64,000 bases of DNA from Acidobacteriota bacterium (GTDB taxonomy: Bacteria; Acidobacteriota; UBA6911; JACQSX01), in contig DASXQR010000146.1 in the NCBI GenBank assembly GCA_036507075.1, forward strand, positions 1 through 64,000, given 5' to 3'. The notes beneath the pieces are model-generated. The model did no database searches. It was not told the DNA's origin and saw nothing but the letters and a program-made list of their open reading frames with translations. The translations under genes were made by a program, and so were the position numbers. Shown one piece after another: positions 19,787-30,766 of the stretch. Every line of letters starts with the position of its first letter. Position 1 is the first letter of the stretch.

Positions 19787-22700
19787 ATGCAACAGTATAT
19801 GAAATCGGCACTGATGTGCGTTTTTCTACTGGTAGCCATCGCAGCGCCGGTCTTCCCACAGAGCGGGAATGGAAGCGTCCGCGGCACCATTCGGGACCAG
19901 GCAGACGCCGTGGTCCCCGGCGTGAAAGTCAGGTTGACCAACACGGCCACCAACGTGTCTTCGGACACGATCAGCAATGAGACGGGTTTTTACGTCTTCC
20001 CCGTGGTAATTCCAGGGACTTACAAGCTAGTCATGGAGGCGTCCGGCTTAACCAAGCTCCAGGCCCAGCTCACTGTTCAGACGGCGCAGTCGACCACGCT
20101 CGATGCCCAGTTGAAAGTGGCCACTGAAGCCACGGTCGTGACAGTGGAGAGCAGGGCGCCGCTGGTGTCGGCGGATACAACTTCACTCGGAAACGTCCTC
20201 GAGCGCCGGAGAATCGAGCAGTTGCCGATCAACGGGCGCAACATCGCCAACCTGCTGATCCTCATCCCAGGCATGGAAAGCAATTCGCGGGCTTACGGTA
20301 TCCGGCGCGGCGCACACGACTTCTTCTTCGATGGCGCGGCCCTCACGGATGCGCTCGACGGCGCAGGGACGGTAACGCGGCCGCCCGGCCTCGACACAGT
20401 CGAAGAGTTCAAGGTGGAGAATAACAGTTCTTCGGCCAAGTATTCCCGTGTAACCTCGGTCATCGTGACCAGCCGCAGCGGCACCAACCAATTCCATGGC
20501 TCCCTCTTCGAGACTCACCGCAACAATGCGCTGGGCAAGGCACGCACACGAACAGACCCGTCAACGCTTCCTCCTCTAATTCGGAACGAGTATGGCGCCA
20601 GCGGCGGCGGACCTGTCTTTCTTCCCAAGCTCTACGACGGCCGCAACAGGACGTTCTGGTTCGCTGCTTTCGAGGGTTCCAGATTCCGCAGAAAGGCGAG
20701 CCGCCTGTTCACCGTGCCTACGGACGCGATGCGCAACGGCGACTTCAGCGATCTCCGCGACGCGCAGGGCCGCCTGATCAACCTGTACGATCCGAACACC
20801 ACCGACCCAACGACCTGGGCACGGCAGCAGTTCAACTATGGCGGTAAGCTGAACGCGATCGATCCCGCCAGAATGAGCCCGCTGGCCAAGTACATATTTA
20901 GCGTGATTCCCCGGGCCAATCTGCCGAACGTCAACCCGCTGGTAGCGCCCAACTATCTCGGCTTCAACACCTTCCTCACCAACGATGCCACCACGACGGT
21001 TCGTGTGGATCATAGGTTGACCCAGTCGGACCAAATTTACGGCCGGGTCACCCGCGGCACTTCATACCGCGATGACCACAGTACGGATGTGCCACCCATG
21101 CTCGATCACGTGGCCAACTATGTGCAGCAGCCCTTCAGCAATCTGAGCATAGCGGTGAACTGGGTACATACGTTTGGTCCCGCCTTCTTCAATGAAGTGT
21201 CTCTGAGCGGCTCTCGCGAGCGCGGTTATATAGTTTCCGGCGATCCCACGCGGGATTATGCGGCGGAACTAGGACTGCCAAACCCTACCGGCGAGCACGC
21301 CTTCCCAGTTCTGGGCACACTCAATTTAGGAGCCGCGGGCAACTATTTTCAACCGATCAATTACCGAGCGCGGTTCTTCAACTTTTTCATCCTCGACGAC
21401 AATGCCACTCTCGTTCGTGGCAAGCACGAATTCCAGTTCGGCTTTCATGCACGCCTGGACCAGTTGACCACGCTGCCGCAGCAGCAGCAGACTGCCGGCC
21501 TGATCCAGTTTGACACGCAGTCGACATCTCTTTACAATCCCACATCGTCGCGCACGGCCCCACTTGCGCAGCCTCTTACCGGCCATAATCTCGCCAACAT
21601 GTTTCTGGGTGTGTCGCGCTACGCGTATCGCGTGGCGAAGGGGAAGTACTACACGCGCCAGTGGGAGCACGCATTCTATTTCCAGGACAACATCAGGGTC
21701 ACTCCACGGCTGAAGCTTTACCTGGGATTGCGCTGGCAGATCTCGCCATTCCTTGGCGAGAAAAACAGCGTCATGTCAACCTTCGATCCGCAACGAAAAG
21801 CCATTGTCTTTGGCCAGGACCTGGATACGCTCACGCGGCTCGGAACGCTCATTCCTTCAGTCTTGAATCGCTTCCAGCAGCTAGGCGTGAAATTCATCAC
21901 CTGGAAAGAGGCCGGCCTCCCGCAGAAGCTGGGATACGACAACTGGCACGATATTGGCCCCCACTTGGGCGCGGCATACCGGATCGGGTCCGGTAAACCT
22001 GAATTCCTGATACGAGCCGGATATCAGCTCTCTTATCACCCGCTGCCGGTCTACGGCTGGAGCGACAGGTTCCGCGCTAACACGCCGTTCAGCGCCGTTT
22101 TCGAAAACAATCCCAACTCCGCGGCGTTGTCGCCCGACGGCATTTCAAACTACCTGCTTCGGACGGCGCCCACAGTCATCGCGGGACGTAACAGCAGAGA
22201 CGCCATTCAACTGGCGAATCCGACAGGACTCGTCGCCGGTTCAGCCGAGGCGTACTACTGGAACCCGAATTACCCAACCTCGCGTGTTCACGACTGGAAC
22301 GTCACGCTCGAGAAACAATTCATGAGGGACACTGTGGTCCGCGCATCCATGGTGGGAAACCACGCCCGGTATCAGGACATGTATGTGGATTACAACGCAG
22401 GAATGCCCGCCTACATCTGGTATGTGACGCAACGCCGTCCGCTACCAACCGGGCCTCTGGCCGGGGTTCTGACGCGCCCTTTTGACCAGACGGTTTACGG
22501 ACCGATCCAGGAGTTCGGGAAATTCGGCTGGGGCAACTATAGCGGCGCCCGCCTCGAACTCGAGCGCCGTTACAGCAAAGGTGTCGGGTTTCAGGTGTTC
22601 TACGTCGTCGGCAACACTCTCAGCACGCTCACAGGAGGCACGGGTGGCTGGGACGGCGGCCAGATGCTTCACACGAACCAGTTTCTGCCAGGAGCGGTGC

Positions 22701-23491
22701 CCACCGACCTGGAGGATCGCGCGCGGCTCCTGCATTACAAGCGCGATGACACCTCGCCGAAGCACCGGTTGCGCTGGAATTGGATCGTCGACCTTCCATT
22801 CGGCAAAGGCAGATGGCTTGGCCACAACTCCGGCGGGATCGTCAACAAATTCATAAGCGGTTGGCAGCTCGCCGGCTCTGGCACCGTGCGCAGCAACTAC
22901 TTCGCGCTGCCGACCAGCATTTATCCGGCTGGCGGCAATCCGATCGAGGTCTATGGCAAGAAGTACAAGATTCAGGACTGCCGGAGCGGCACGTGCTTTC
23001 CGGGCTACCTCTGGTGGAACGGCTATATCCCCGCCAACCAGATCAACAGCGTCGACGCGCAGGGGCGGCCGAACGGGATTATGGGCGTCCCTGACAACTA
23101 CAAGCCCGCCGGAAAGCCGCTGATTCCATGGGGCACGACCACAGCACCGGAGAACTTCCCCTCCGGCGCGACCCTGTCGCAATTCTGGGACACAAATACG
23201 GTGTGGCTTCGCCTCGACAACGGCACGACCCAGCAGGTGACCTTCAATGACAACATGCATCCGTGGAGGAATCAGTACATGCCCGGCGTCTGGGAGTTTG
23301 GTCAAGACGTGTCTCTGTTCAAGGAGGTACAGATTCGAGAAGCGCTGCGAGTCAGGCTGAATATCGATGCATTCAACGTATTTAACAACCCGGGCATCCC
23401 CATAGGTGTCGGTTCAAACGGCCTTGTGAGCACACGTGAGTCCCGCAAGGCTTCCCGGGAGCTGCAGTTCACACTGCGTGTGACTTGGTAG
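19787..23491 (+). CDS. TonB-dependent receptor (Oar-like)
   Basis: Signal peptide, GSVRGTIRDQADAVVPG, LPINGRN, SRSGTNQFHGS, C-terminal RELQFTLRVTW. Confidence 0.92.
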   Translation: MQQYMKSALMCVFLLVAIAAPVFPQSGNGSVRGTIRDQADAVVPGVKVRLTNTATNVSSDTISNETGFYVFPVVIPGTYKLVMEASGLTKLQAQLTVQTAQSTTLDAQLKVATEATVVTVESRAPLVSADTTSLGNVLERRRIEQLPINGRNIANLLILIPGMESNSRAYGIRRGAHDFFFDGAALTDALDGAGTVTRPPGLDTVEEFKVENNSSSAKYSRVTSVIVTSRSGTNQFHGSLFETHRNNALGKARTRTDPSTLPPLIRNEYGASGGGPVFLPKLYDGRNRTFWFAAFEGSRFRRKASRLFTVPTDAMRNGDFSDLRDAQGRLINLYDPNTTDPTTWARQQFNYGGKLNAIDPARMSPLAKYIFSVIPRANLPNVNPLVAPNYLGFNTFLTNDATTTVRVDHRLTQSDQIYGRVTRGTSYRDDHSTDVPPMLDHVANYVQQPFSNLSIAVNWVHTFGPAFFNEVSLSGSRERGYIVSGDPTRDYAAELGLPNPTGEHAFPVLGTLNLGAAGNYFQPINYRARFFNFFILDDNATLVRGKHEFQFGFHARLDQLTTLPQQQQTAGLIQFDTQSTSLYNPTSSRTAPLAQPLTGHNLANMFLGVSRYAYRVAKGKYYTRQWEHAFYFQDNIRVTPRLKLYLGLRWQISPFLGEKNSVMSTFDPQRKAIVFGQDLDTLTRLGTLIPSVLNRFQQLGVKFITWKEAGLPQKLGYDNWHDIGPHLGAAYRIGSGKPEFLIRAGYQLSYHPLPVYGWSDRFRANTPFSAVFENNPNSAALSPDGISNYLLRTAPTVIAGRNSRDAIQLANPTGLVAGSAEAYYWNPNYPTSRVHDWNVTLEKQFMRDTVVRASMVGNHARYQDMYVDYNAGMPAYIWYVTQRRPLPTGPLAGVLTRPFDQTVYGPIQEFGKFGWGNYSGARLELERRYSKGVGFQVFYVVGNTLSTLTGGTGGWDGGQMLHTNQFLPGAVPTDLEDRARLLHYKRDDTSPKHRLRWNWIVDLPFGKGRWLGHNSGGIVNKFISGWQLAGSGTVRSNYFALPTSIYPAGGNPIEVYGKKYKIQDCRSGTCFPGYLWWNGYIPANQINSVDAQGRPNGIMGVPDNYKPAGKPLIPWGTTTAPENFPSGATLSQFWDTNTVWLRLDNGTTQQVTFNDNMHPWRNQYMPGVWEFGQDVSLFKEVQIREALRVRLNIDAFNVFNNPGIPIGVGSNGLVSTRESRKASRELQFTLRVTW

Positions 23492-23729
23492 GCCGGGAGC
23501 CCGCTCTACGAGCGCGTGAAGCTCCTTACACATTGCCACGAGCACGGATCTATGCGCGGCCGCCGATTCACGCAGTTTACACAGATCTAACGGCCTCAAT
23601 TCACGCAAACCCGCGGGGCCGCAGATGCGCGCGGATCTGGCGGATTTTGTCCGTCTAATTGGTGCAAATCGGCGGCTGAAACCTTAACATTCACCGGCTT
23701 AGCCTGTTAGACTTGCTCCCTCCCTGTCG

Positions 23730-23806
23730 GGGCGCTTAGCTCAGTTGGTCAGAGCGCCTGCCTTACAAGCAGGAGGTCGGTGGTTCGAGCCCACCAGCGC
23801 CCACCA
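23730..23806 (+). tRNA. tRNA-Val(TAC)
   Basis: GGGCGCT/AGCGCCC acceptor stem, D arm, CCTGC-CTTACAA-GCAGG anticodon arm, GGTGG-TTCGAGC-CCACC T arm, encoded CCA. Confidence 0.97.
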
Positions 23807-24208
23807 ATGTTTTCAATGGTTTACGGCCATTTTCTGACTGCCTGGAAATGCCATTGTAGTCATTTTGGTAGATAGTACTTTCCTCGGAGTTTTTCTGAAA
23901 CGCTCTCATCGAAGCACTCGCCGATGAATTGCAAAGGGACGTGATTTTCAATTTGAATTGCAGCGATTTTTGTCGTGGAGTCCGAACTATAATGATGAAC
24001 CGCAACCCAAGAGTCGCTACCATCTACGTTTTTAGTACCATCGCTACGAAGGAGGTCGTTTTTGTACCATCGCAGTTCAAAGATAACCTCGGACTTTTGT
24101 TTACAAGTGCGGTGCTATACTACGATAAACATAGCAAACCAATCGGCTGTTCGCGTGCTGGAAATGCGTCGTTCCCTGAACCGCGTTCAGTGACAATAAG
24201 GAGGACTA

Positions 24209-24604
24209 ATGTCAGATACCGGTCGAATTCCGCATGTGGACGATGTTGCGCCTGTTTCGGATGCCGACGATGCGATATTTGCCGAACTCCGTGATGTGCT
24301 GACTCGTCACAGGGCACTTAATAGGTTCGGCGTAACTTTATTGCACGAGCATTTTGATGTCGCCGACGATGAAATCTTGGTGGAAACCTGCGACCCGGAC
24401 ACGCGGACCCTCGTTACGCGACCCATAAAGAAGGCGGGTCTCGCGGACGAGCAATTGCTGGAGACGAATTGGAGTCTTCGCGTGACGGACGAAATTGGGG
24501 CGAGTTCTGGTCTTGGAACTGGCCGGAAGCCTATCAAAACTTGCCGTGCAGTATGTCAGCCAGTTCGTGGCAAAGGGCATTCGCGCGTGCATTATCCAGT
24601 TTAA
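24209..24604 (+). CDS. Hypothetical protein
   Basis: GAGGA RBS; protein-like sequence with LLHEHF and C-terminal CxxxC...H..H. Confidence 0.75.
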   Translation: MSDTGRIPHVDDVAPVSDADDAIFAELRDVLTRHRALNRFGVTLLHEHFDVADDEILVETCDPDTRTLVTRPIKKAGLADEQLLETNWSLRVTDEIGASSGLGTGRKPIKTCRAVCQPVRGKGHSRVHYPV

Positions 24605-24757
24605 GTGCCTCCTCCGGGCCCAGACGAGGATAATTGGCTACAACAAGAGCGGTCTTGGCCGGACGCGGCAAAAGGCTTTATGCGTTGTCAGAGTTGCACG
24701 GCTAGCCGAAGGACGCGGCGGCTGTCTAATCAGTCAGACATAGAGGCCGAGGGCATA

Positions 24758-25774
24758 CTATGAACTCGCATAGTAGGAAAGCGCGTTGAGTGGCCCGCTC
24801 AGGAATTGGATGACTCGGTGCAAATTGCCTAAGTCATTCCGCAGGTCATGATAGATTCCGGTTTCGGTCCCCGAGATTATTGAGTTCCACGCCAGCGGAT
24901 GGTATCGCGTCAAATTGCTGCTCGCGAACATTGAAAGAAAGATGAGAAGTATCTCCGCTGTGGCCTCGAGCGTGTCAAGACCTGATGTCACGCCTCGCCT
25001 CTCAAGCTCCTGCACCGTCGTCCCGCATAAGTCGGCCCTGTCGCAGTTAAGAAGCTCAAGCAGTGTGATATTGGGCGCATTGAGATAGGAGAATCCGGAG
25101 GTGTTGGTGAACGTGTGGATCGCTTTGAGGTCGTCCAGCCAAACTGCGAATGGTATCTGGCGCATCGACGCACCATCTTTTAGTTCAAGGTACGTGATGA
25201 TGCTGCTGAATGGCGATGGATATCCGAAAATCGTCAAAAGATCCACAAGACGCTGAAATCCGCCAGCCTTTCCGATCGCAACTTTGTAACACTTATCTAT
25301 CGACTCCGGATCGATTGTTGCTGCTACGCAGGAAAACGTAAGCCCGTGGTGAAATTTGGGATTTTCCCACATCAGAAACATCTGGGTAAAAAACGAGACT
25401 GCCAGTTTTGCTGAATAGTAAGTAAGAATTGGATTGGCTAGTTCGCCAGCCCCGGCAGCAAGTCTCGCAAATGTCCGTGCATTTCGTAGGTACGTGGAAG
25501 TCTCGAGCGCGGCTTGCTTAAGCTTTCCTGACTCGCAATTTACAGGCTGGGGAATGTCGCGATTCATCAGGCCTCGCTTTGCCGCTGCGAAGCTGCTCGC
25601 GACTTGCTCGAAGCACCGTTGGTTGTACAATTTACAGTTTTGTGCCACTAAATCCTCGGTGATCTTTGGTATCTCGAATCTTTCCAGATGACCGTAGGGA
25701 TCTAACGAAGACTGGATGGACGTGACGTCGAGCGGGTCGAGCCTGAATCGTCCGTGTTCCGGTTTGCGAGGCAT
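24758..25774 (-). CDS. YaaC-like protein
   Basis: NPILTYYS, HHGL and SNLTRYHPLAW resemble YaaC-family motifs; start placed at MPRKP. Confidence 0.6.
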   Translation of the reverse strand: MPRKPEHGRFRLDPLDVTSIQSSLDPYGHLERFEIPKITEDLVAQNCKLYNQRCFEQVASSFAAAKRGLMNRDIPQPVNCESGKLKQAALETSTYLRNARTFARLAAGAGELANPILTYYSAKLAVSFFTQMFLMWENPKFHHGLTFSCVAATIDPESIDKCYKVAIGKAGGFQRLVDLLTIFGYPSPFSSIITYLELKDGASMRQIPFAVWLDDLKAIHTFTNTSGFSYLNAPNITLLELLNCDRADLCGTTVQELERRGVTSGLDTLEATAEILLIFLSMFASSNLTRYHPLAWNSIISGTETGIYHDLRNDLGNLHRVIQFLSGPLNALSYYASS

Positions 25775-26064
25775 GGACTCCTTTTTATGACATTTCATTT
25801 CGAGCCGAATTGTCTTGAACTGGCCGGCTCTTCCGAATGACTGGGTTTGCAACGCCGTCTCAGTTTAGCTTGACAAGAACAAGGGCAATAGCCAAATCGC
25901 CTCACGAGCCCGCGCACCATGTTTGCATTGCAATCCGTGAGTTGGTTTGCTGTCTGCGCCGTAGTCACGGTCGTGAGCACCCGAAGTTAGGGCATCCAAG
26001 TTCGACGTGTGTCCGACCTGAAGGCCTCGGTCGCCAGAAAGTAGGGAGTACGAGGTTTTTGGTA

Positions 26065-26093
26065 TTGACAATCTGTAAATAGGAGTATATACA
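26065..26093 (+). promoter_or_regulatory. Sigma70-type promoter of the RHH-ssp-like operon
   Basis: TTGACA-17 bp-TATACA just upstream of ATG 26103. Confidence 0.55.
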
Positions 26094-26102
26094 CTGATTT
26101 AC

Positions 26103-26312
26103 ATGAGGGCTGCGCAGAAAAAATCAGCGCGGCGAAAGCCAAATAGGAAGGGGCAACCGCTCCTGATCTACTTCAGTTCTGAGCAAGCGGAGCGTCTTAG
26201 CACCCTTAGTAAAGAACGCCTCGTGCCGAAAGCGAGTGTCGTGCGCTTCGCAGTGGATAAGCTCTTCAGGGAACTCGAGGCGCAGCAGCTCGAACTTCCA
26301 TTGGGCCTATGA
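26103..26312 (+). CDS. Ribbon-helix-helix (CopG-like) DNA-binding protein
   Basis: LLIYFSSEQAERLSTLS...KASVVRFAVD pattern; ATGA overlap with next gene. Confidence 0.75.
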   Translation: MRAAQKKSARRKPNRKGQPLLIYFSSEQAERLSTLSKERLVPKASVVRFAVDKLFRELEAQQLELPLGL

Positions 26313-27265
26313 AACCAAAATTGACGCAGGGACTCAAATCCAATGATTCTCACCCGCTGCCAAAGTTCTCTTTTTCAGGGCATGAAACGTTTGTCTTCCG
26401 TCATGGATGGCTCAAGAAAGCCTACGATGGCATTCAGGAGGACCAGAGGATATTTACTCGTGATGAGGCGCTAATTGTGCTCGGGGTTGGAAAGAATATG
26501 GTCCGGTCGATCCGCCACTGGGCGCTTGCGACTTGCATCCTGGAAGAGGAGCCTGGAACGCGAGGAATGTCACTCCAACCCACCAAATTTGGAGAATTTC
26601 TGTTCGGCAAGCACGACCCCTATCTTGAAGATTTAGCTTCGCTATGGCTGCTTCACTGGAAGATCAGCACAAACCTATTGCGTTGCACTACTTGGGCATG
26701 GGCACTCAACATGCCGACCACCAAGTTCACCAGGGAGTCGCTCCTTGCGCACTTCCAGGAAGTACTCGCATCCCGTACCGACGGCAGAATCAGTGAGCAT
26801 ACGCTGCGCCGCGATATTGACTGCTTTCTTCGAACGTACGTCTCGTCGAAGGTCCAGCACTCTACGATCTTGGAGGACTCTCTCGATTGCCCGTTAGTAG
26901 AGCTGCGTCTTATTGTCGAGAGATCCCCTGGAGATTTCGAATTCCGAAGAGGGCAACAAGACGGACTCCCGTTTGCGATCTTCCTTTACGCTCTCCTCGA
27001 TTTTTGGGAGCGCACAGCATCAGGGCGAGAAAGCCTCGCCTTCTCCGAAATAGCCTACACAACCAACAGCCCTGGAATCATTTTTAAGCTCGATGAGAAC
27101 AGCTTAACGCTCTATCTTGAGCAAGTAGAGGAAACTTCAGCAGGGGCGCTGCTGTATACAGAAACCGCGGGGATTCAGCAGGTATACCGACGGCATGCGA
27201 TCGATGGCGTCGGTCTCCTCTCCAGGTACTACGAGCATTCCAATCCCATTGTACAAGGAGTATAG
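26309..27265 (+). CDS. DUF4007 protein (SspB-like)
   Basis: FSGHETF..R.GWLKK, LGVGKNMVRSIRHW, DPYLED..SLWLLHW. Confidence 0.9.
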   Translation: MKPKLTQGLKSNDSHPLPKFSFSGHETFVFRHGWLKKAYDGIQEDQRIFTRDEALIVLGVGKNMVRSIRHWALATCILEEEPGTRGMSLQPTKFGEFLFGKHDPYLEDLASLWLLHWKISTNLLRCTTWAWALNMPTTKFTRESLLAHFQEVLASRTDGRISEHTLRRDIDCFLRTYVSSKVQHSTILEDSLDCPLVELRLIVERSPGDFEFRRGQQDGLPFAIFLYALLDFWERTASGRESLAFSEIAYTTNSPGIIFKLDENSLTLYLEQVEETSAGALLYTETAGIQQVYRRHAIDGVGLLSRYYEHSNPIVQGV

Positions 27266-27274
27266 CCTTTAACC

Positions 27275-30200
27275 ATGCGGCTCGCCGATGTCATTAGCGT
27301 AACCCCCCGATTCACACGAGCCATTAACCTGGAGCGTGATGCAAATGACCCCGATGCCCTCGACGGCTATATCATCACAAGTACTGCCGAAATGGTATTG
27401 GGCCGCATTGCTGCCACACTGGAAGCACGCGCGATCGAGCACCGAGCTTGGACACTCACAGGTCCGTATGGGTCAGGCAAATCAGCGTTCGCTCTCTATC
27501 TTGCGAACCTCTTAGGGCCGAACCAATCCGTTAGTGCCCGCAAGGCACGGGCTTTGTTGCGCACGCACAATCCTTCGCTTGCCCACGTCTTTCGCTTACG
27601 ACGAGAAGGGTTTTGTCCAGTACTGGTAACTGGAGCCTCGGAACCACTCGCCCCAGCACTACTGCGAGCTTGTGTACGCGATGTTAAGCGATACTGCCAC
27701 GCTGGTCGCCCTCCAACAATTTTGCGTGAGCTCGACACACTCGCGGCACAGGCAGCAGAGGATCAGCCCCTCGGCTCAAGAACTGCAGCCTCGCTAGTCG
27801 AGTTGGCCGAATGGCTTCGAACCGCAAGGCGATCACGAGGTCTCGCCATTATCATCGACGAGCTTGGGAAATTCCTAGAGTTCACTGCGATGAACCCAAT
27901 AGCTGGTGACATTTACGTTCTTCAACAGCTTGCTGAAGCAACGGCACGCTTTAACGAAGCTGGGTTAATAGTCGTGACTGTGCTCCACCAGGCTTTTGAG
28001 GAGTATGCGCGAGGGTTACGGACCACTGTCCGTGACGAATGGGCTAAAGTACAAGGACGATTTGAGGACGTTGCATTCCAAGAGCCTCCAGAAGAAGTTT
28101 TGGGTCTTCTTGCTCATGCAATTCAGCATACCCACAGCAGGACGAATAGGGCGCTCCAGCAAGAGGCGCGCAGAATTGCGGAACAATCATCAGCGCTTGG
28201 CCTTGTACCAGCGGGGATGCAACGTCGCGACTTCATCGAGACCCTAAGTCGGTGTGCCCCACTCCACCCACTCGCGGCAATCAGCCTAGCACGTTTGTGT
28301 AGAAAATTCGGACAGCACCATCGATCTTTATTTACTTTCCTCACATCCCGAGACCCAGCGGGGTTTTCAGAATTCTTGCGGCTACAGTGGGAAGAAAACG
28401 CACGACCTTTTTACCGCCTCCCTATGCTTTTCGACTACGCGATTGAAGCATTTGGCACCACCCCAACACGTGGCGAAACTATCGCGCGATGGTCTGAAGT
28501 CGAACAGGCTTTAGATCGAACGCACCGCAACTCCTGGACAGAGATCGAAATTATCAAGACAGTCGGCCTGTTGAGCACAATCGGTGTAACAGGAGGCCTT
28601 CGACCTTCACGAGATATCCTCACCCTCGCATTGGGCGAGCCAGCAACCACTATTGAGAAGGCCTGCCAACGCCTCACACGCCAATCGGTTCTGATTTACC
28701 GGCGGCACGCTCAGGCATTCGCACTTTGGCAGGGAAGCGATATTGATATCGACGCGAGACTCCAGGATGCGCGCCGAAAACTTCCGCCGCAAACTAGCCT
28801 TGCTGCGAAAATTGCGGAATTGTGGCTGCCACGGCCAATTGTAGCGAAGCGTCACTCGTTCCAGTCGGGCACTCTCCGCTACTTCTCTATGCGGTTTGCT
28901 GACTCCATCACATTTTCTAAGGTGCTGGAGCGACCTGATGACGCCGATGGTCTGCTCATCTACTGCCTACCGAACAATCAGGCTGAACGCGAAATGCTCC
29001 TGGAATTGGCACAGTCATCCTTTGTGCGTGACCGTCTCGACGTCCTTGTGGCTATTCCAGGGTCGTGTGATGCTCTCAACGAAGCGGTGACTGAGTTGGA
29101 GAGGATCTGCTGGGTAGAACTGAACACACCGGAATTGCAAGGCGATGCAGTCGCTCGTCGCGAGATTCGAGCACGAATAGCTGCTGCCAAGGAACGTGTT
29201 TCAATCGAACTTCAGCAACTCTTCGGACCCACCGAGAGGGGGAGAACTCAATGGTACCATCGCGGTCTCCTACAGACGCTTACGACGCCTCGATCGCTAT
29301 CGGTGTTCCTCTCTAGTATCTGCGATGTGGTTTATCCTCACACTCCTCGCTTACATAACGAACTACTCAATCGCCGTACGCTCTCCTCTGCAGCCGCTGC
29401 AGCGCGGCGTAACCTGCTATCGGCGATGCTCACTCGAGCCGGAGAAGCACAGCTAGGGATCAGCGGCACTCCGCCAGAGAAGAGCATGTACGCCTCGGTT
29501 CTCGCAGCCACTGGCATTCATCGTCAAGAGTCCCTGCGCTACGCATTTGGACCTCCATCACCCGCGAGTAGCCTTACTCCAGTGTGGCAGACTATCGAGG
29601 AGTTCTTTCGTACTTGTGAGCTCCGCCGCCGTGGCGTAGGCGAGTTGTTCGAGGTATTACAGAAGCCACCGTTTGGATTGAAAATAGGAGTCATTCCGGT
29701 GCTGTTTTGCGCGGCGCTTCTTGTGCACGATAACGAAATTGCCCTTTATGAAGACCACGCGTTCATTCCCGAACTTACCCCGGACACTTTCGAGCGTCTG
29801 GTGCGCTCTGCGGATAAATTTGAGCTCCGACGTTTTCAGGTAATCGGTGTCCGACGAGAAGTGTTTCGAAAGTTATCAGGCCTTCTTAGCAACACAGAAC
29901 AAGGCCGCGGTGAGCACCTCATCAGTGTTGTTCGACCATTGTACCGCTTCTTCAATCGGCTGCCATCATATGTCCGCCAAACGACAAATGTCTCCCCACG
30001 AACAGCGGCAGTGCGGGATGCACTTTTTCACGCGACCGACCCCGATGTACTACTCTTTGAAGCGCTTCCACGTGCCTGCGGATTTGAACCGTTTCCCCCG
30101 AGCCAGGCACGACTCGAGGAGGTCGAGCAGTTCTTCGAGACGTTGCGTACCGCATTGTCAGAGCTGCAGCGATCCTATGACGACCTGCTTGCGGATCTTC

Positions 30201-30766
30201 AACGACTACTATTTAGAGCCTTTGATGTTCCTGATAGTCGCGGTCGTGAGTTACTGCGCGGACGCGCACAGTCTCTGAGTGAGCACGCGCTCGACGGACG
30301 CCTGCGAGCCTTTATCTTGCATCTCACCGAAGAACTGGACCACGTGGCCTGGATCGAATCCCTCGCGAGTATGGTTATCGGCAAAGCCCCGAAAATGTGG
30401 AACGAGACAGATCGCGCTCGGTATGAAATCGCACTCAGCGAACTCGCTCGGAATTTCCGCCACATGGAAGCCCTCGTATTCGAACTCGGCAAAAATGATC
30501 AGGCTGATGTCGGAGAGTTGCTTCGCATTGGGATAACCGACCGATTCAGCAAGGAGCTCGAAGCAGTCATTCTCGTAAAACCAGAGCAGTGTGGAAAGCT
30601 TGCGGAGGCAATGGTCACACTCGACAGGTGCTTAGAACAGCTTGGACTCGACAGTACCCCCACTCTCGCGCTGGCAAGCCTCGCTACTACAGCAAGAAAA
30701 ATTCTCGCAGAGCTTAACGAGAGTCAACCGAAAACGACTGCATCAACAAAGGCCGCGAAAACATGA
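27275..30766 (+). CDS. Large P-loop ATPase (SspC-like)
   Basis: RAINLERD, Walker A GPYGSGKS, Walker B IIIDELGKFLE, EWAKVQGRF, NELLNR, PPFGLK.G. Confidence 0.85.
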   Translation: MRLADVISVTPRFTRAINLERDANDPDALDGYIITSTAEMVLGRIAATLEARAIEHRAWTLTGPYGSGKSAFALYLANLLGPNQSVSARKARALLRTHNPSLAHVFRLRREGFCPVLVTGASEPLAPALLRACVRDVKRYCHAGRPPTILRELDTLAAQAAEDQPLGSRTAASLVELAEWLRTARRSRGLAIIIDELGKFLEFTAMNPIAGDIYVLQQLAEATARFNEAGLIVVTVLHQAFEEYARGLRTTVRDEWAKVQGRFEDVAFQEPPEEVLGLLAHAIQHTHSRTNRALQQEARRIAEQSSALGLVPAGMQRRDFIETLSRCAPLHPLAAISLARLCRKFGQHHRSLFTFLTSRDPAGFSEFLRLQWEENARPFYRLPMLFDYAIEAFGTTPTRGETIARWSEVEQALDRTHRNSWTEIEIIKTVGLLSTIGVTGGLRPSRDILTLALGEPATTIEKACQRLTRQSVLIYRRHAQAFALWQGSDIDIDARLQDARRKLPPQTSLAAKIAELWLPRPIVAKRHSFQSGTLRYFSMRFADSITFSKVLERPDDADGLLIYCLPNNQAEREMLLELAQSSFVRDRLDVLVAIPGSCDALNEAVTELERICWVELNTPELQGDAVARREIRARIAAAKERVSIELQQLFGPTERGRTQWYHRGLLQTLTTPRSLSVFLSSICDVVYPHTPRLHNELLNRRTLSSAAAAARRNLLSAMLTRAGEAQLGISGTPPEKSMYASVLAATGIHRQESLRYAFGPPSPASSLTPVWQTIEEFFRTCELRRRGVGELFEVLQKPPFGLKIGVIPVLFCAALLVHDNEIALYEDHAFIPELTPDTFERLVRSADKFELRRFQVIGVRREVFRKLSGLLSNTEQGRGEHLISVVRPLYRFFNRLPSYVRQTTNVSPRTAAVRDALFHATDPDVLLFEALPRACGFEPFPPSQARLEEVEQFFETLRTALSELQRSYDDLLADLQRLLFRAFDVPDSRGRELLRGRAQSLSEHALDGRLRAFILHLTEELDHVAWIESLASMVIGKAPKMWNETDRARYEIALSELARNFRHMEALVFELGKNDQADVGELLRIGITDRFSKELEAVILVKPEQCGKLAEAMVTLDRCLEQLGLDSTPTLALASLATTARKILAELNESQPKTTASTKAAKT

